A stretch of 24,393 bases of DNA from Azolla caroliniana (taxonomy: Eukaryota > Plantae > Polypodiophyta), in NCBI GenBank assembly GCA_043228905.1, contig JBHGNT010000458.1:1-24393 (forward strand). The letters run 5' to 3'. Under the pieces are notes generated by a model, which saw nothing but the letters and a program-made list of their open reading frames with translations, had not been told where the DNA came from and searched no databases. How positions within the stretch are numbered: the stretch's first letter is position 1; every line of letters starts with the position of its first letter. A program made the translations under genes and the position numbers. Positions 18,831 to 24,393 of the stretch are shown here, in pieces.

Positions 18831-21019
18831 AAGGATTCGCCTCCGAGACTATCTCGATTCCTTTCATGATTGGCTCGCACTGTTAGGAATTGGACCGATC
18901 TTTGGTTGTCAAGACTCTTTATTCGTGCGAAGGCTGCTCCATTATCGAACACTTTGGTCTCCATCCGAGATGATGTGATATAAGGTTGCCCTAGGATGAC
19001 AGGATGCGACGCCGATTCTTGTACGAAGAAGTGTTGATCCATCTCCACATCCCCGATTGTGACTTTGACATTGGGACAAGCTCCGTACAAATCCTCCGTA
19101 GACTTTGTTGCCGCGCGAATCTTCCATCCGTGGTTTGTATTGATTGGCCATCTTCCTTTTTTGTAGAAGTCGGTTGACATGAGGTTGATCTCCGAGCCGT
19201 GGTCGATCAAGGCTACCACGGTCTCTTTCTTCTCCCCGATCTTCACCGGCGTCTCCGTTGTCGCTCGTGCCCAATGAGGTCGAGTGTAGTGGCTGTCCAC
19301 CATATCTTCATCGATTTCGTCTCTTGCCATCGTTATGGCATTCGTTTTTTCTTTTTGCGGCTTCTCTTCTTCCTCGTCCGATTGTTGTCTCTTTCTCTTT
19401 ACAAGGTCCACGATTGTGTCATGGAACTCCTTCTTCGTAATGCCAAGCAATTCCCTCAAGGACAAAGTTATGTGGCTATCAAGAACTCGTTCTTCGAGAA
19501 TCTTCTTTAGGTTCGTCGTCTGCTCTATGTCTGACCTTAGCTTATAGGTAGGTATAGTCCTTGTCCTTCGAGCGGGGTCTTCGACACCAACCTTCACGGG
19601 CCGCACTGTTTCTTCAACTCGTATGCTCGGCTCCCCTTTTTGGCTTGATTCTCGTTCCTCCGATTGTAAAGGTCGACTTGTCTCCGCATCGTCCTTCTTT
19701 TTCACGTTCCTTGTTTCATGTCTTTTAGATGGGCCTTGCTCTTCTATTCTCTTTCTCTTTTCTTCGACGAACACCTCGTGGTTGTCGCACATCACCTCTG
19801 CGAGTATGGTGTTGTCGTCCACCGGATCCGACCACCCGGTTATGCTTTGCACGCTTCGGTCCGCAAGCTCTACCTCGTTCGATGTGATTTTTCCCTTCTT
19901 CTCATATTCGAGAACGGAAGTCCAAAACTTTGCTCCCGCTCTAGCAGCTTCAGTCTTGTCTTTCCCGACTCTTATTCCGGCCGACGTAGCATAGTGCATC
20001 GCATCCACATGAGTCGCATCAGCATCCTCCATAGATTTCTTCATTCCTCCTCTTTCGAAATTCACCCGTAGGGGTCTTCTAGTCTCGCTTGAGTAGATCA
20101 TGTTGTCCTCTATGTATACGATATTTTGTCGAATCGCCTCTCGAAGGCTCGCACAATCCCTTCTCATGTGGTCCATGCTATCGCACCACACGCATCTAAA
20201 GGGTTCTTTTCCTTTAGGGCCCCGACGATTCATGTTGGCTAGCGTGACCTTCTCGAACTTCTTCGCTAGCTCTTCAATGATGTCGTCATCAATCTTCTTT
20301 TCTTCCACGTTACTTTGTCTCAGCGGCTCAACTACTTTCGGCGGTCTTGTTTTCTCCGTGGTAGTCGGTCCCGTCAAGTCGGTGTCATCAATCCATTGGC
20401 GACGCTTGTCGAGCCTATTGCATGCCCGCTTCACCGCGATCCAGTCCGCTACGAGCCCATTTGCTTGGGTATCATCTTCGAGAAGAGTCCCCAACTCCCG
20501 TCTATCCTTTATGTCCACGGCCTTCAAGAAGTACAAAGTCTTGTCCTCTTCAAGCAACACTTGGTCCGTATTGGGGAGACGACTAAACATCTGGTCGAAT
20601 TCGTCGTACACCCTCGAGACACTCATCTTCTTATTCTTCTTCTCTATCCACTTCATCAGGGCATGTCGAGTCATCCTCGTTGAGTCTTCAGTCACGAACT
20701 CCGCTAGTATCGTTTTCTCGAACTCGGACCATGTTGTCTTACCTTCTTGAAGCTCGATGACGCGTCTTTGGATGTTGTTGGCGACAACTCTCTTGAAGCT
20801 TGCGATTTGACATGCCTTGGACACGTCCCTCTGATTCATCTCCCTTCTATATGCATCAAGGAACTTCGATACGTTCCTTCCATCGAATTGGCCCTCGAGC
20901 TCTACAACACGATCGACCGCCTTCCCCACGCTCGCGTCGTTGTCCCGAGATTTCATCATTTGCTCGACAATTAGCATCATCCTTTTGAGCTCTCCCGCTT
21001 GGTTGCTTGAGGACGCCAT
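18821..21019 (-). CDS. gag: Gypsy D Gag-protease polyprotein
   Basis: Open frame; first ATG at 21019. CVWCDSMDHMRRDC knuckle, ALIDHGSEINLM. Colinear with A gag-PR. Confidence 0.9.
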   Translation of the reverse strand: MASSSNQAGELKRMMLIVEQMMKSRDNDASVGKAVDRVVELEGQFDGRNVSKFLDAYRREMNQRDVSKACQIASFKRVVANNIQRRVIELQEGKTTWSEFEKTILAEFVTEDSTRMTRHALMKWIEKKNKKMSVSRVYDEFDQMFSRLPNTDQVLLEEDKTLYFLKAVDIKDRRELGTLLEDDTQANGLVADWIAVKRACNRLDKRRQWIDDTDLTGPTTTEKTRPPKVVEPLRQSNVEEKKIDDDIIEELAKKFEKVTLANMNRRGPKGKEPFRCVWCDSMDHMRRDCASLREAIRQNIVYIEDNMIYSSETRRPLRVNFERGGMKKSMEDADATHVDAMHYATSAGIRVGKDKTEAARAGAKFWTSVLEYEKKGKITSNEVELADRSVQSITGWSDPVDDNTILAEVMCDNHEVFVEEKRKRIEEQGPSKRHETRNVKKKDDAETSRPLQSEERESSQKGEPSIRVEETVRPVKVGVEDPARRTRTIPTYKLRSDIEQTTNLKKILEERVLDSHITLSLRELLGITKKEFHDTIVDLVKRKRQQSDEEEEKPQKEKTNAITMARDEIDEDMVDSHYTRPHWARATTETPVKIGEKKETVVALIDHGSEINLMSTDFYKKGRWPINTNHGWKIRAATKSTEDLYGACPNVKVTIGDVEMDQHFFVQESASHPVILGQPYITSSRMETKVFDNGAAFARIKSLDNQRSVQFLTVRANHERNRDSLGGESLDF

Positions 21020-21060
21020 CTCCAAGTATTAATCTCGACTTAATCCTTCCTACCGCCTCT

Positions 21061-21078
21061 TTCACGTCGGGTTCACCA
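21061..21078 (-). promoter_or_regulatory. tRNA-Trp primer-binding site (element D)
   Basis: TGGTGAACCCGACGTGAA, 8 nt inside the 5' LTR boundary; identical to the PBS of A. Confidence 0.85.
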
Positions 21079-21366
21079 CTTAATTATGTCGTGAAGATCC
21101 GTCACTACGCGCGGATCGTGAGGCGGAACCGCCGGGGTTCTGGACCGGAAGGATTCAAAGTCGGTAAAAGCTTTGGCGCAAGCTTTAGCGAGAAAGTACT
21201 TAAGATAGATTGGGAAAGAGAGAAGTTGAGATTACACGATTGAGAGAGATTGATTGAACTTTTAACTTTAGATTTAAGAAACAAGTTACACGATCAATTT
21301 GATAACGAATTTCTTCCTCTTAATTTTCATAAAAAAAACTGTGTTTTTTCTCCTCCCCCTTCCCTC

Positions 21367-21373
21367 TTTTATA
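21367..21373 (-). promoter_or_regulatory. Putative TATA box of the D 5' LTR (copy at 14399-14405)
   Basis: CTATAAAAGAGGGAAGGGGGAGG on the minus strand. Confidence 0.6.
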
Positions 21374-21546
21374 GATGCTCTCATGCATATGATGCATGTG
21401 AGGGTACAAGACATGCATAAATTGCATGTTTGCCATTTGGCGCTTATGTATTACATGTGGTGCATGATAACCATGTCACTCATTTTAGTTCTCATGTATG
21501 AGAATTTACATGTAAAAGTACAATGATAAAAATATAATTTCAACTA

Positions 21547-21618
21547 AATAGCATGGCTTAATGGTAAGCCAATTGACTCCTAACTTGGAGGTGCAAGGTT
21601 CGAATCCTTACTTATATG
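21547..21618 (+). ncRNA. tRNA-like Pol III module in the D 5' LTR
   Basis: A box at 21554-21564 within a GGCTT/AAGCC D-arm hairpin; B box GGTTCGAATCC at 21597-21607. Confidence 0.65.
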
Positions 21619-22149
21619 TATATATATTTATATATTTATTTATCTAGTCGCCGAATGCCGTCGGTTACCGGTGCGTCGCCGGATGCCGGTGCCGCCATCG
21701 GATGGCGTCGGATCACCGTCGCCGGATTGCCGCCCGCCGGATCACCGGCTCCATCGCTGGTCCGGTTTTGGTTGGCCAAAACCCTTTATGAGTAGCTAGC
21801 CCACCTCCACTCTTAGTTCAAGTTACCTTGAACTCTCTATGCTCCACACATAGACACAAAGATAATATCTTTTGCTCCACCTTATATATGATGAGAGTTG
21901 TATTTGTCGTGCCTATGTGGGATATCTCACAAATTTCTCCTTTCCTTTTACAAACTTTATACCCTCATATCTTGACAGTTAGTTGTCCGTTTCTCGTGTA
22001 ATAAAGTGCATTCGAAACCTCCATCATTTTGTACTTAGATATTAAATCTATTTAAAATGTTATCTTCACAATTATTGTACTATGTGATTCATACTTGATT
22101 TCGTACATTTGATGGGATTTTCACACTATTGCCGAAAATCTTCACGACA

Positions 22150-24326
22150 GCGTACGCCGTCTCCTCAGCTTCCTACGCGGGGAATGCACGGCCGAGTCTC
22201 CACTACTCGCCGACTCTTCATCGAACTGGTCGTATCGACTCAGTCGTCCATTCGGTCCACTTAACCGAAACGAAATCGGACTCTCTTTGGGGGTCCCGAT
22301 TTCAAGCTCAGCCGGAGGCCCCTCGGCCTTGCTGTCCTCATCGTCAGAACTCGGATTGGAGGTGAGGTTTGGAGTCGGAGGCAAGTACCAGGACGCGGAC
22401 TCATCAAACACAACGTCGCGGCTCACGCGCGGTTGTTTGGTACGCGGGTTATAGCACTTATAACCCTTCTGCTCGTCTGAATAGCCGACCAAGATACACT
22501 TCTCGGCTTTTGCGTCCAAATTCCTCCTTTTCTCCTTTGGCACATGTACATACGCAATGCTACCGAAAACTCGTAAGTGTCGCAAGTTTGGCTTTGTTCC
22601 AAAGTATAGCTCGTGCGCCGACACTTTTTCTCTGATCTGGTTCTGGATGTATACCGTGGTTCTTATCGCCTCGGCCCAATAGAACTTGGGCAAGCTCTTC
22701 TCCTCCAGCATTGCGCGTGCAGCTTCCACAACTGACCAATTTTTTCTCTCGGCCACGCCGTTTTGCTCCGGCGTGGTTCTACAACTGAATTCGCGCCGAA
22801 TTCCCATCTGTTGTAGATAACTGTTGAATTGACCGGAAAAGTATTCTTTTCCGCCATCTGACCGCAAGCACTTGATCTTTCTTCCTGTTTCCGTTTCCAC
22901 GAACCCTTTGAGGTCTCGGAAACAGTCGAAGACTTCGCTTTTCCTCTCAATGAGGTAGATCCACGTGTGCCGCGTGTAGTGGTCGATGAAGGAGACAAAA
23001 TATTGGCTCCCGCCAAGACTAACGTTTTGTGCCGGCCCCCACACATCAGAGTGTATCAAGTCTAGCTTGTTCCGGCTCCGGTTACGCTCGTTTGGGAAAG
23101 GAAGTCGGTGTTGCTTCCCAAGCTGGCAGGCTTCACAAATTTGTGCCTTCCGGCCACTAAATTTGGGCAATCCAAACACCACTTGTTTCAATTGCAGGTC
23201 TTGAAGCCGCTGGTAGTTGACGTGGCCTATCCGTTTGTGCCATAAGTCGATATCCGACTCGACTTTTTGTCCCTTCACGAACATTGCGGTGCCACCGTCA
23301 GTAGAGTCGAGGATAAACATCCTCCCATCTCTGCGCCCTTGCGCAATAATACGACCTTCTTCCTCAATGAAGCACCCAAGATGCGTAAACCGAACCTGCA
23401 TCCCCTGGTCGACGATCTGCCCGACCGACACCAGATTCTTTGTGATGGTCGGGACGTGTAACACATTCATAAGTTTCCCTTTCTGCCCGACATGGCTCAA
23501 GGGAACTTCACCGACATTCGCGGTTGGATGCGGAGTGTCGTCTCCAGTTGCGACTACTCCTGGTTGCGTTGGTTTCTCAAGGTATGAGAACCACTCCTTG
23601 TGTCACGTCATGTGGTTTGACGCGCCGGAGTCGACATACCACACCTCGTCTGATTTTGGGGCGGATTGTTTCATTGGGTTTGCTTCGTGTCTCGTCACGG
23701 AGACTGACCCTTTTCTGGCTTTTCCGGATCCTTCGGCGTAGTGCGATCACTGCCGATTTCTTTTGTTGGTATGTCCGGAACCAGACCTCTCTGACTCGGC
23801 GCGCTTCTTCCAGCACTCGCTCTCCCTGTGGCCTTTCTTGCCACAATACCCGCATTCCGTGGTAGATTTCCCTTTCTGGTTCTCGTCGCCTCGACTCCCC
23901 CTGTTTCCGGAGGGTCCGGAATTGCTGTCGGTATCACTTCGGTGCGTTCTTCACTTCAGCCACTGACAAATCGCGTTGTCGTAGGTTGCTTAACTCCTGT
24001 CGGAGCTAAAGCTTCCTGGCTGTGGTGCTCGCGGCGAAGATCTTCTTCAGATTTTCCCACGCACCCTTCGACGTTTTTGCATCCCGAACGTAGCTTAATA
24101 GTTGTTCACCCACACAAGACGCGAAACAGTACATCACTCTGCTCGCCGATTGTTCCCACGCCGGGAAGTCTTTGTGTGTCGATTCGGGTGCCGCGTCATT
24201 CACTCCTTCGACATAGCTCCAGTAACCATGCCCAAGCAGGTACTAGTGCATCTTGCAGGACCAAGATGCATAGTTGGTTCTGTCGAGCTTCTCCGTTGGA
24301 AGCTAGCTAGCCATTCCTCTGTCCAT
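22150..24326 (-). pseudogene. Copia C gag-PR-IN part, with stops and an internal gag deletion
   Basis: MDRGMAS*LPTEKLDRTNYASW (gag N-terminus), CGYCGKKGHRESEC knuckle, WYVDSGASNHMT (PR), and ORF 22142..23500 with HSDVWGP, LRSDGGKEY, PEQNGVAERKN (IN). Confidence 0.92.
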
Positions 24327-24393
24327 CGGTTTTCTTGTTCTTCGTCGTTGGTTTTTCCTTCAAGCAAAGTCGATTGCAGAGGTTCTCAACCCT

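Larger units (their letters stand above)
14119..22149 (-). mobile_element. Full-length Ty3/Gypsy LTR retrotransposon D (8031 bp), non-chromovirus type, 4-bp TSD GCGT
   Basis: Two LTRs, PBS, PPT, gag-PR and pol. GCGT at 14115-14118 and 22150-22153. No chromodomain after the integrase GPY motif. Confidence 0.97.
21087..22149 (-). repeat. 5' LTR of Gypsy D (1063 bp)
   Basis: Direct repeat of 14119-15264 with the same termini. Confidence 0.97.
11394..24393 (-). mobile_element. Ty1/Copia LTR retrotransposon C; 5' LTR and PBS outside the window; interrupted by Gypsy D
   Basis: gag-PR-IN at 22150-24326 and RT-RH at 11791-14118 join across the GCGT duplication. Confidence 0.93.

Overview
This looks like plant DNA (probably a bryophyte or other non-seed plant; inferred, not shown) made almost entirely of nested LTR retrotransposons. 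From left to right: (A) a Ty3/Gypsy element on the minus strand (<1-6388) with open gag-PR and RT-RH-IN frames, a tRNA-Trp PBS and its 5' LTR, inserted into (B) a decayed Ty1/Copia element on the plus strand (6389-10598). A ~0.8 kb host or other segment with a broken RING-H2 reading frame follows (10599-11393). Then comes (C) a related Copia element on the minus strand (11394->24393), split by (D) a full-length Gypsy element related to A (14119-22149; two LTRs, 4-bp TSD GCGT, disabled pol). The most notable observation is that the LTRs of the two diverged Gypsy families share little obvious sequence except a tRNA-like RNA polymerase III module (A box and B box at tRNA spacing). It lies antisense in U3, between a CCGG-rich tandem array and a CATG-rich region upstream of the TATA box. 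Both Gypsy elements also share a GGAUUUU-stop-pseudoknot -1 frameshift signal between protease and RT, and a D-H-G protease motif. All alignments and counts were done by eye.
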